Below are positions 9,998 to 21,268 of a stretch of 64,000 nucleotides of DNA, piece after piece (position 1 is the first letter of the stretch; the number at the start of each line of letters is the position of its first letter). The position numbers were made by a program, and so were the translations under genes. Location: positions 2,558,283-2,622,282 of the forward strand of contig MU053561.1 of the NCBI GenBank assembly GCA_013239625.1. Reading direction: 5' to 3'. The notes below the pieces were generated by a model. That model had not been told where the DNA came from. It was given only the letters and a program-made list of their open reading frames with translations, and ran no database searches. This DNA comes from Lama guanicoe. Taxonomy: Eukaryota.

Positions 9998-12900
9998 CCC
10001 GCTCCTTCTTTCCTCTCCCCCGAAGCCACCCCACCCTCAAAGCCGGCTTCCGCCTTTTACTCCGCCCTCCTCATTCAGGAACCAATCACCACCCACCTCC
10101 TGTAGCCTTAACCCCCCATAATCCACCGCCGAGGCCGTAGCCATCCCCGCCCTATCACCAGCCAATCAGAGGGGACGTTTGCTCACCTCCAACCAATCAC
10201 AGCCGCCTTCAGGCTTGGGGCGCGCCAAAATCAAATAAGAGGCGAGTGGGTGGGAGAAACCTGGCCTTTGGCTGGTGGGGTGTGGCTGAGGCTGGAGTAG
10301 GGTTTGGAGGCTGGCGGGGCTTCCGGGCCGAGGGGAGAGTTGCTTTGTAGGTCCTGGAAGAGCAAAGAGCAGGACCGTGAGCGGGGCGAGTCTAGCTTGC
10401 ATTCGTTTAAGATCTCGAGATGGCCCTAGAGGCTGCAGGTGTTACAAACTGCAGAGACGAGCTCTGCAAAAAAGGCTCCCTTCTCCGCCGAGAGCGCCTG
10501 GAGCTCCGCGGTCATCTGCGAGCCGGGGCCTGGCCCTGGTGGGCGCTTTGCTGCCGCGCTCGGCCACTGGGAGGGGAGGCCACCGCAGGAGGAGCTACTG
10601 GATTTGCAGTGCTGGGGCGGCGGGAGCGAGGGCGAGTTGGGATGCAGGTGAGGGCTGATGCGGTATCCTTTAAAGCTGTGCAGTGAACAAAGTTTGTTAC
10701 AGAGCAGGCATAAAGACTTCTCTGGGACCCCATGACACAAAGTGCTTACCCGTACACATCTCTCTTGACACCCTGGTGAAAGGGGCAGCATTTTTAGGAC
10801 CCCGAGACTCATAAAAATTTGAGTAACTCACCCAAGGTCACAGAATTAGTGAGTGGACCATCTGCAGACAGATGCCCAGGGGACCGAGCAGCTGCCTCCT
10901 GTTTGTTCTGAATGTTCGTTCTCTAGGCACTCAGTGTAGGAGACCTGAGTTAGAAGTGTCAATGTGGAAACAACAGGGGAGAAAAAGATTACCTTTAGTG
11001 AAAGTTTTATTTTGTACGTTTTTATTGTCAGAGTTTTTCTACTAGTATGCTTTTGTAATATTAAAAACCGAGGATGAAGTTAAAAGAAAGGGAACTGTTT
11101 GAAATCATAATCAGATCTATTAGTGAACAAAAAGAGCAATAGCAATCAAAGACTTATTGCAAGAGAGATGGCTTCATATTACAACTATTGAGGAACATAT
11201 GTCCAGACATATGGTGTGGCATGTGCAACTGTACTTACAGAGAGAGGAGGACAGAAAATCTGCAAGTTCTAGGAAATTTGGGCTCTATGATAAATGTAAA
11301 TGTCATATAGGAGCCAAAGGAGGGGTGAGAAACCTGAGGTGTCATTTATTTAAAAAGTATTTACTAAATAGCTTTTTGTATGCCCAGTGCGAAGCCTAGG
11401 TGGTTGAGAAATATAAAATTCATTCATACACAAATTTGAAAACAACTATTCTAACCGCAAAGAGCTTGCTCAATATTTGGAGGAGACTGAACTAGCATAT
11501 ACTGAACACTTAAATAACAATGTACAAAAAAAATGTAAAATAGTATTTAAATGTCAAGATGAGTGGAGTTAGCCATAAACTCTGTAGGACTAGACGTGTA
11601 AGATGTGTCTGGAAGCAAAGTGGAGTTGGTTTATACATAACTGTCCCCTCTGGAACACGTATAAATAAACTTAAAGATAGAAAAGGAGCAAAAAGGAAAC
11701 AAATAACAGGTATTTTCAGTACTATAATTTATAATAGATTGTAACTCTCACACTGAGAGATTTTTATGCACATATTTAATAAATGCTGTATGGGGAAAAG
11801 TAGAACATGAATACTGGACTTGCAGGACAAAGGGCATGAGAATTTACTTATTTCTTGAAAAATATCTTTTTGAAACAAAAAGACAAAATCAGAGCCTCTT
11901 AAATATCCCATTAAGGAAGAATGTCTTCCTCTGCAAGCATTCAAGCCTGTATCTCAGGTGCCACCCCATGAAAGCATGCGCAGCCAAGACACAGAGAGGG
12001 GTAAACACTTCCTCCATCAATTCAGGATGTCCTAGAACAAAATATTTAAGCTCTGGAGGGTTTATTCTATCTAATCACATTCATAAGGCTGAAAAAACAA
12101 ACAAATACTTTGTGTAAGGTGGCCATAATATTGGCATAAACTATAGTGAGTGATACAGTGTATACTTTTCAAAATATACACATGTATTAACTTACTTTTA
12201 ATTCATATCCTTAATTAGCCTGCAGACCCCTGGAAAGCCCTTTGGAGAACGTGCTATTTTGAGTAAAGTTGAGACTGTTTTTCTTTAAAACGTGATTTAT
12301 TCAAAACGAATGCCTAGACTCAGTCTTAGAGCTCAACGATGGTTTAAATCCACAAGTTAATGAGCCAATAAATTCTTTCTGCATGAGGCTGGTCAAATGT
12401 AAAGTATGTGATGGAATTGTTCTAAAACTGGATTTTGGTAATGGCTGCACAACTGTATATACGTTTACTAAGACTCAGGGAACTGTGCACTTTGAATAGG
12501 AGAATTCTGTAGTGTAAATTATCCTTCAATAAAGCTATTAAAAACAAAGATACAATGTATACGCAATGCCAAAACATTTACATGGAAAGCAAAATCTGGA
12601 TGTTTTGACATCCTAAGGAAATTAATGGTGAAGGAGCGAAACAGCAGAAACTCTTTAATTTTAGTTGGTTTTAATCCTCAAGCCGACTGGTTCTCTGAAT
12701 AAAATCCAGAGTGGTTCAAACACTCATTTTAATTCTTGGGGAAATGAAACAGTTGTATTTCATCTGGTCAGCATTTGTGCCGGCTGGCATATCTTAAACC
12801 TGCCAGAATAAGATATTGGTGATGAGAGTGTCAGAAGAGTCGCCCCTGAACATCCCTATCGCTGTCTGTATTGTTTTAAAACAATCAGCAAGTCCAAGTT

Positions 12901-13571
12901 TCAAGTTATTTGTAAGATTTCCAGTTCTATGCAACCTTAACATTTACTCATTATTTTGAAAATTAAATTGTTCAAATATGTTTTTCCAATTAGCTGAGGA
13001 TCTAAGTATATTTTGTTTTCCGAAATTATGTCCCTCTGGGTTTTTGTTCATTGCTTTGGGATGGGGTGGGGAGGGGTTACTAATTTTAAATAATAGATAA
13101 AGGATTTTTCCCCCCATAAGGCACATGGTCACTAAAGGGAACCATCACAGTAGCCTAACGCTGAGGTGTATCCTGAAATGAATATTTTACATGCATTCTT
13201 ACATGTAATTCTCACAGCTGCCCTGGCAGTGGGTATTCTCTTATCCCCATTTTAAACAACAGGATACCAAAGTTCAGAGTAGTTAAGGAGTTTGCCCCAA
13301 GGCCGTGCTCTTAGCCATTTCTTTACAGAGCCTCTCCTTGGACTTTGAAACCAACAAATTAATCTTTTCCTGGCCCAAAGTCACAAAGCTGACACAGATC
13401 AGGAACTAGAAGCTGTTTTGGAGGAACTCCCAATCCAGTTCTTGCCACCACAGTATTTTTATGAAGCATAAATTATTCAGTGATTCATTCAGATGTTTAA
13501 CCTACACATAGCCAAGCATTCAGATATTTGTGTCATACAGACGTGGCTCAACAAATCCAACATAAGGAAAA

Positions 13572-13784
13572 ATTTGCAAATCCTAACTACTATATATAAA
13601 ATAGATTAAAAAAACAAATTTCTGTATAGCACGGCGAACTACATTCAATATCTTGTAGTAAGCTATAATGAAATAGAATATGAAAAGGAATATATGCGTG
13701 TATATATGTATGATTGAAACATTATGCTGTGTACCGAAAATTGACATATTGTAACTGACTATACTTCAATTAAAAAAAAAAAAA
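13572..13784 (+). mobile_element. L1 3' end fragment (artiodactyl-type 3' UTR)
   Basis: CTGTATAGCACGGCGAACTACATTCAATATCTTGTA...ACTGACTATACTTCAATTAAAA. Confidence 0.85.
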
Positions 13785-13814
13785 CCTACGAGCCAAGTCC
13801 TGCCATTCTATACG

Positions 13815-13833
13815 TGACCACTAGGTGGCAGCA
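13815..13833 (+). promoter_or_regulatory. Candidate CTCF binding site
   Basis: TGACCACTAGGTGGCAGCA matches the CTCF core CCASYAGRKGGCRS. Confidence 0.7.
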
Positions 13834-14149
13834 TGTTAACATTAAAAACCTAACACAAGGCCCACCTCTTCTGCGTTTTCATTCTTTCTATTTAACCATA
13901 TGAAATGGTAATTCAATTTCATTTTATTTTGTGCCTTTCAAATATATGATCATTTTAAACTTGCTCTTTGACAAAGTCACAGTCAGGATGAGAATATAAT
14001 AAGGACAAATCTAGTTATAATTGGAAAAGTGAAGAGACTTTACAAATTCTTTTGTTGTACCAATATTTTGTATTACGTTCCAAATTTTACTGGTCTTAAA
14101 ATATCCCCAAAATGCTTCAAAACAGGCCCTCTTACTCCATTTTTCTTTT

Positions 14150-14790
14150 CTAATAAGTGTACAATTTGGTACTTTTTTGGTAAATTTAGAAAGCTGTGCA
14201 AACATCATTGCAATCTAGTTTTAGAACATTTCCGTCACACCCAAAACTTCCCTCAAACCTGTGTGTGGTCCATCACCACTAACACCCTCAACACCAAGGC
14301 AGCCACTGATCTGCTTTCTGCATTTATAAATTTGCCTTTTGGGGGCACTTCGTATGAATGGAGTACACAATATGTAGTCCATTGCCTCTGTCTTCTTCCA
14401 TTGAGGCTTATTCATGTTGTATCGTGTATCAGTGTTTCATTCTTTTTATTGCTGAATAGTATTCCATTGTATTTATCACCAGCTGATATACATTTAGATT
14501 CTTTTCTCTTTGGGATTATTAGGAATAATGTTGTTATGAAGATTAACAAGACTTTATGTTGACATTTGTTTTCATTCTTCCTGGGTGGATACCTAGGAGA
14601 GGAATGGCTGGTCAGGTGGTAAGTCTATGTATAACTTTTTAAGGAATTAACAAGCTATTTTCCAAAGTGGCTGTATCATTTTATATTCCCATGAGCAGTG
14701 TATAAATGTAGGTTCTCCACGTCCTTACCAACACTTGTTATTGTCCATCTTTTTTTCATTGAAGTCATTCTAGCAGCTGTGAAGTGGTTT
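14150..14790 (-). mobile_element. Old L1 (L1M-type) 3' region; resumes at ~16449-16520 after the nested SINE/L1
   Basis: Typical antisense L1 motifs (ATACCTAGGAGAGGAATGGCTGG, TTTTCCAAAGTGGCTGTATCATTTT, then TGCATTTCCCAATGACT...TTTTCATGTGCTCATTAGCCAT). Confidence 0.75.
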
Positions 14791-16448
14791 CATTTATTTT
14801 ATTTATTACTTATTTTAATTATTTATTTTACTTCTCTTTTTTTCTTTTTTAAAAAAAATTTGGGCATGGGGGAGGTAATTAGGTTTACTTATTTTTCCAA
14901 ACTTTTGGTCAACTCATCTTCGACAAAGGAGGCAAGAATATACAATGGAATAAAGACAGTCTCTTCAGTAAATGGTGTTGGGAAAACTGGACAGCAGCAT
15001 GTAAAACAATGAAGCTAGAACACACCCTTACACCATATACAAAAATCAACTCAAAATGGATTAAAGACTTAAACATAAGACAAGATACAATAAACCTCCT
15101 AGAGGAAAACATAGGCAAAACATTATCTGACATACATTTCAAAAATTTTCTCCTAGAAGAAATAAAAGCAAGAATAAACAAATGGGACCTAATGAAACTT
15201 ACAAGCTTCTGCAGAGCAAAGGAAACCAGAAATAAAACAAGAAGAAAACCTACGGAATGGGAGAAAATTTTTGCAAGTGAAACCGACAAAGGCTTGATCT
15301 CCAAAATATATAAGCAGCTCATACGACTCAATAAGAAAAAAATAAACAACCCAATCCAAAAATGGGCAGAAGACCTAAACAAGCAATTCTCCAAGGAAGA
15401 CATACAAATGATCAAAAAGCACATGAAAAAATGTTCAATATCACTAATTATCAGAGAAATGCAAATCAAAACTACAATGAGGTATCACCTCACACCAGTC
15501 AGAATGGCCGTCATTCAAAAATCCAAAAATGACAAATGCTGGAGAGGCTGTGGAGAAAGGGGAACCCTCCTACACTGCTGGTGGGAATGCAGTTTGGTGC
15601 AGCCACTATGGAAAACAGTGTGGAGATTCCTCAAAAGACTAGGAATAGACTTACCATATGACCCAGGAATCCCACTCCTGGGCTTGTACCCAGAAGGAAA
15701 TCTACTTCAGGATGACACCTGCACCCCAATGTTCATAGCAGCACTATTTACAATAGCCAAAACATGGAAACAACCTAAATGTCCATCAACAGGTGACTGG
15801 ATAAAGAAGATGTGGTATATTTATACAATGGAATACTACTCAGCCATAAAAACCGACAACATAATGCCATTTGCAGCAACATGGATGCTCCTGGAGAATG
15901 TCATTCTAAGTGAAGTAAGCCAGAAAGAGAAAGAAAAATACCATATGAGATCGCTCATATGTGGAATCTAAAAAACAAAAACAAACAAACAAACAAAAGC
16001 AAAGCATAAATACAGGACAGAAATGGACTCATGGACAGAGAATACAGACTTGTGGTTACTGGGGTGGGGGGCGGGGTAGAGGGTGGGAAGGGATAGACTG
16101 GGATTTCAAAATTGTAGAACAGATAAACAAGATTACACTGTATAGCACAGGGAAATATACACAAAATGTTATGATAAATCACAGAGAAAAAAATGTGACA
16201 ATGAGTGTGTATATGTCCATGTATGACTGAAAAATTGTACTGAACACTGGAATTTGACACAACACTGTAAAATGATTATGAATCAATAAAAATGTTAAAA
16301 AAAATAAAAAAATAAAAAAATAAAAAAAATTTGGGCATGGGGGAGGTAATTAGGTTTACTTATTTTTTAATGGAGGTTCTGGGGATTGAATCCAGGACTT
16401 CAAGCATGCTAAGCATGCGCTCTACCACTTGAGCTATACCTGTCCCCT
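14791..16448 (-). mobile_element. tRNA-derived SINE split by the young L1 (tail 14791-14896; head 16322-16448)
   Basis: T-rich tail + GGGGAGGTAATTAGG left of the L1; GGGGATTGAATCCAGG...CTCTACCACTTGAGCTATACC (reverse-complement B and A boxes) right of it. Confidence 0.9.
14897..16321 (+). mobile_element. Young 5'-truncated LINE-1 (ORF2 C-terminus, 3' UTR, A-rich tail) with 46-bp TSD
   Basis: Open frame 14898..15971 ([17 protein letters not shown]...[18 protein letters not shown]...ICGI*), G-rich 3' UTR tract, AATAAA and (A6-8T)n tail; duplicated flanks 14851-14896 and 16322-16367. Confidence 0.97.
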
Positions 16449-17617
16449 CATCTTGGCTTAAATGTGCATTTCCCAATGACTGTTGATAATGAGCTCCTTT
16501 TCATGTGCTCATTAGCCATCATCTTCCTCTTTTTTAATTGTCTTGAAAGGTTTTTCTTCGTTTAAAGGTTTGTATGAAACTTAAACTAAAACCCAAGCAA
16601 AAATGACACTGTTATTAACTCAAGGAGATCAAAGAAATAGTAATGTATAACGTTAATGTTTGTAGACTGTTCAGTAACAAAATTGCACACAGGCTGCAGT
16701 TACAGTCATATGAAAAATATTTTTAACCACAACAAACTATTAACTTTTAAGACTACATTCCATTCAGATACCTTTGAGAGGCTGAGTTGGGAGATGAGGG
16801 TAGTTTTCATTTTCCACAAGTTAACATGTATTGCTCTTATGACTTAATAAAAAAAATCCAATAAGATATTAAAAGTAGATGCATAGGAAAATGTAACAGA
16901 AGAAAGGAACCAAAATAATAATAATGGTTATTTAAGATGGTAGGATTATTGGTAGCCTTTTTCTCTTTTCCCTGTTTTTCTACACAGCATGCAACGTTAT
17001 TACACTGTCAGGTAAAGCAGTTGTAGGACCCACATCTCCACACCTCACTAAGCATCTCTTAAACTTGCTTCGTTCTCAGTTTAGCTATTTAATCCTGACC
17101 TTCCTGTAATTAATCCATTCTTTTATATTCTTAATGCCTTTCATTCCCTTTTTTGGTAGCTAATTTCAATTTTATAGCAAGATCTCTCTTCCCTTAACTC
17201 TATTCTAGTTATTTTGCTTAATTCTGACCTTATGCTCAACTCCAATTCCAAATATTACTAGAAAGCAAGGACACTTCTCACTTGTTTTCTAAAACCCTTG
17301 CCTCTTTAGAAGTGAGGTAACCTAGAGTCTCAAGGCCTCTCATGGCTGTATACTTGTTTGCTGGCAGTCACCCTGAGTTGCGTTTCTTCTGGAAGGCAGC
17401 AAATGACATAGGGTAGATGCCAGGTTCTCAAGCTGAGAACGAATACACTGCCCAGTGCTCCAAAGACTTTTGCCATGATGTTTGGAGTCTCCCTAGATGC
17501 TGGGATCTTGAGGACTGAAGAAACTCTGGCAGAGTTCTGGCCAGTTCTTCATACACATCCCTTTGGAGTTAACCTAGGGGCTGGAACAGAATAGCTTCTG
17601 TTTGTTTGTTTGTAAAT

Positions 17618-18047
17618 TAAAAAAAATTGAGGTATAGTTGATTTACAATGTTGCATTAGTTTCTGGTGTACAGCATAGTGATTCATTTATATATATATAT
17701 ATGTATATATACACATACATATTCTTTTTCATATTATTTTTCATTACAAGTCACTAAAAGTCATTGAATAAAGTTTCCTGTGCTATACAGTAGGAACTTG
17801 TTGTTTATCTATTCTGTACCTAGTAGCTTGTATCTGCTAATCCCAAACTCCCAATTTATCTCTCCCTCCCCCTTTCCCACTGGTAACCATTAGTTTGTTG
17901 TCTATGTCTGTGAGTCTCTTTGTTTTGTAAATAAGTTCATTTGTGTCATTTTTTTAGATTCCACATTTAAATGACATCATATGACAGCTGTCTTTCTCTG
18001 TCTGACTTACTTCACTTAGTATGATCATCTCTAGGTCCATCCATGTT
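17618..18047 (-). mobile_element. L1 3' end fragment
   Basis: TTGAGGTATAGTTGATTTACAATG...CTGACTTACTTCACTTAGTATGATCATCTCTAGGTCCATCCATGTTG. Confidence 0.88.
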
Positions 18048-20873
18048 GGAACAGCCTCTGTTTTCTGCTATTTTTTTCAGTACAAAAACAATCTTAAAGG
18101 ACTCATCAACCTTTGAATAGCATGAATCAGATTCTGTTACTCCTTGCTTAAAATCCTTCATTGGCTTTCTGTCAAACTTGGAAAAAGGTTTCAGGCTTCA
18201 TCTTTGTTCACACAGGGCCCCATGTGATCTGGCCCTGGCCGCTTCTCCCTCTCACCTCTGCTCCTGGCTCCCTGCGCTCCAGCCACCCTGATCGGTTCCC
18301 CTCCTCAGTGCGCCCAGCTCGGTCTTACCTCAAGGGGGCCTCTGTTCATGTTGTGCTTTCCACTGAGGATGCTTTTTCTAGTTCTTTAAAAGCCTCGTTT
18401 CTCAACCTTTAGGTCTCACTTAAATATCCCATCGTTGAGGCTTTCCCTGACCACTTACCTAACAGAGGTCCTTCCTTAGCGTTCTCTGCCTCAGCTCCCT
18501 GCTTGCTTTCTGTACAACATTTTGTTTGTAGTGTACTGTCGGTTCACCTGTTGCTTGTCTGTCTCCTCCATTTATTATATATGTAGATGCCAAGAGAGCA
18601 GCTTCTGATTTGCACTATATACACGGGGCACAGAAATTCACTACATACCTTTTAAGTGAAATAAATTAAACCATAGAGTAGAAGGGACCTGAAAGTCACC
18701 CAGTGTGTCCTCCCCATCCCCTCCCCATCATCTGTGATGGATTCAGCATAGAAACTTCAGGTCACAGCAAGTTCTCTACTTGGGTATCTCAAAATGTCAA
18801 TTAATTCTAATGTGTATTGAGTAGAAATCCTTCTGTCTGAAACTTCCACTTACCATCTGGAGTTACACATAATACACAGTTTTTTCAATGTCACTTTCAA
18901 ATATTTGAATATGATGATCTCATCCTCCCCACACTCCACCTGGGTTCTCATTCCTCAGAGAAACTGCTCCAACCACTTCAATTACTTCTCTCCTCTCCAG
19001 ATCCCCTCACCAGCATTTTTCAATGAATCTCTGCTTAATTTCAGGCATCTCAAATAGAACTCAATAGGAAGAATGATGTGGGATAATTATCTCCTTTATT
19101 TTGGATATGACCACTTTATAAATGCAGTATAAAGCTACAGAAATCTTTTTCTCTCTCTTCTCTAACAAATATGTCATGCTAGTAATTTATATCAAGAGTT
19201 CAATCAACCAAAACCACTGCTTTCATTATCACACATGAACTCAAGCCTCCCTTACCTGGTGCTTCTAATTGCTTGAACTTAACTATGAATTCTAGCTTTC
19301 ATCCTGTTAGTTTTGATCCATCATTCTAACCTGTCTAGATCTCTTTGAATCTTGTTTCTGTCAGCTGACTTATTAATGTCATCTCCTGACTCTGTGTCAA
19401 GTGAGCACTTGACAAGCCTGCTCGCTTTGACTTCATCCAAGTTGCCAGTAAAAATGCTGAATGGGGCAGACCCATTAGCACACCCTGGAGAGGTCTCTTC
19501 CAGGTAAACATGGTGCCTTGGTCATCATGCTTTGGATATGGTCATTCAGTCAGGCATGGAATCTCATTAATGCCACGTTGCTCCTTCTTATTCAGATGCC
19601 TCGCTGTGGCTCACACCCGCTCTCTATAACTGCTCTGTGATTTCCCAGACAGCAAAGCATAGCAGAAAAGGAAGTGAGGTTGATCTGGTTGATTTTTCCT
19701 CTTGGTGAGCAACACAGGAAGGAGCCTAGAAGCCACAGGGGGATGTGGTTCTTCAGGGCAAAGGCTCTGGGTTAGTGATTCATTCAGTCACACCACCTCC
19801 TGTTCTGTCAATTTGCCTCTCAGCATCTGTCACTTCTCACTTATCTAGTCTGCCACCCTCTTCCTCTCCCTCTTGGTCCTCTTTCAAGGTTTACACACAT
19901 TTGAATGAAGGCTGGGTAGTTCAAAGTGAGGAATTTGCCTCGGTCCAACAATGAGAAGAAGGGTTAATAACTCTTTTGATGAAGATCTGAGGCAGCCTTC
20001 CTGGGAAGCCTAGGACATCCCCTTCAAAAGATCTAGGTGGTCCTCTCTCTTTAGTTCTTCTTTAGTACTTTCTCACCCTCCCTTGCCTGGACTGACTTCC
20101 ACCTTACTCTAAGTGGAAGCCGACAGACCTGTCTCCACCCACAGTAGACAGAACTTACTCTCTCTGCTCTTCCAGAGAGACAGTGAGCCTTACCTCACGC
20201 TGGGGGGCCTACTGCCTCTCCGGGCATCGGAGGGGTTTCTTCCTGCAAGCTCACAGTCTTCTCTCTTCTCACAGAAGCTTCTGGCACCTGGGCCAGGGCA
20301 TCAAGAGACCCACCTGAGCCAGAGAGAAGAGCTTGGGTGGGGCAGGGGCTGTAAGGTTCTTCTTTCTGTAGTTTGTGGCTTTTATTTCTGCGTTCTCATT
20401 CTTATGCTTATTACCCATGTCTTCTCTCCCAGTCCTCTTTTTCTCCTGCTTTCCCAACTGCCCCTTCCTCCAACCCTCCACCCTTCTCCTTTGGTCCAGG
20501 GGAGACAAAAGCAGCATTAATGATTGGCTGTGGAGGATGATCTTCCGGGTTCTTCGTCTTCGCACTCACAGCTCTGCATTAAGCAGATTCTTTTCATCCT
20601 TAAGCTTTTTCCGTGATGACACAATTCCTGCCCCTTTAGTAATCACCGGTTTCTGATGGAAGAGCTGAAGCATGGCTAAGTAGTAGGTGGGGAAATTCTG
20701 CAGGCTTGAATGGTTTTCTTTTAAGTTGTGTACCCTACCCATGAGTGTGTAAGTACAATAAAAAATACCCAACATATACACTCAATTTATTCCATCTGAA
20801 CCATGTAAACAGGCATAAAGAGCACAGATACAGGGCAAACCACAGTGCAGTTCATTCATTACATGGTCAATTC

Positions 20874-21268
20874 TGCTACGGGCCAAATTATCCCCTGCCC
20901 CAAGTTCATATGATGAAGCCCTGACTTCCCAATGTGATGGTATTTGGAGATGGGGCTGTTGGGAGATAATTCAGTTTAGATGAGGTCATGAAGGTGGGGC
21001 CCTCATGATGGCATTAGTGTCCTCTTAAGAAGAGACACCAGAGAGCCTCTCTCTGACCTCCCTCCCTGCCCCGTCTCTGTCTCTCTCCATCACACAAGGA
21101 CACAGAGAGAAGCTGGCAGTCTACAGGCCGGGAAGAAGGTCCATGCCAATCATCTGGCACCTTGATCTGGGACTTCCCAGTCTCCAGAGCTGTGAGAAAA
21201 TAAATTTCCATTGTTTAAGCCACCCAGTTGATGGTGTTTTGTTATGGCAGCCTGAGCAGACTAATACA
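20874..21268 (+). mobile_element. Solo LTR, ERVL-MaLR (MLT1A-like), 395 bp
   Basis: TG...CA ends; TGTGATGGTATTTGGAGATGGGGC, GGACTTCCCAGTCTCCAGAGCTGTGAGAAAATAAATTTC, GTTATGGCAGCCTGAGCAGACTAATACA; 5-bp flanks AATTC/AATTT. Confidence 0.9.

Larger units (their letters stand above)
9600..10670. promoter_or_regulatory. CpG island / TATA-less TTF2 promoter with three CCAAT boxes, GC boxes and an E2F-type site
   Basis: Dense CpG/GC; CCAAT at 10082-10086, 10162-10166 and 10193-10197; CCGCCC boxes near 10062 and 10147; GCGCGCCAAAA (minus strand TTTTGGCGCGC) at 10220-10230. Confidence 0.85.

Noticed and set aside
14029..14562. 177-aa plus-strand ORF
   Set aside because: Non-ATG start and mostly antisense old L1; no recognisable domain
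14909..15469. 186-aa hydrophobic minus-strand ORF
   Set aside because: Antisense shadow of L1 ORF2, a common artefact
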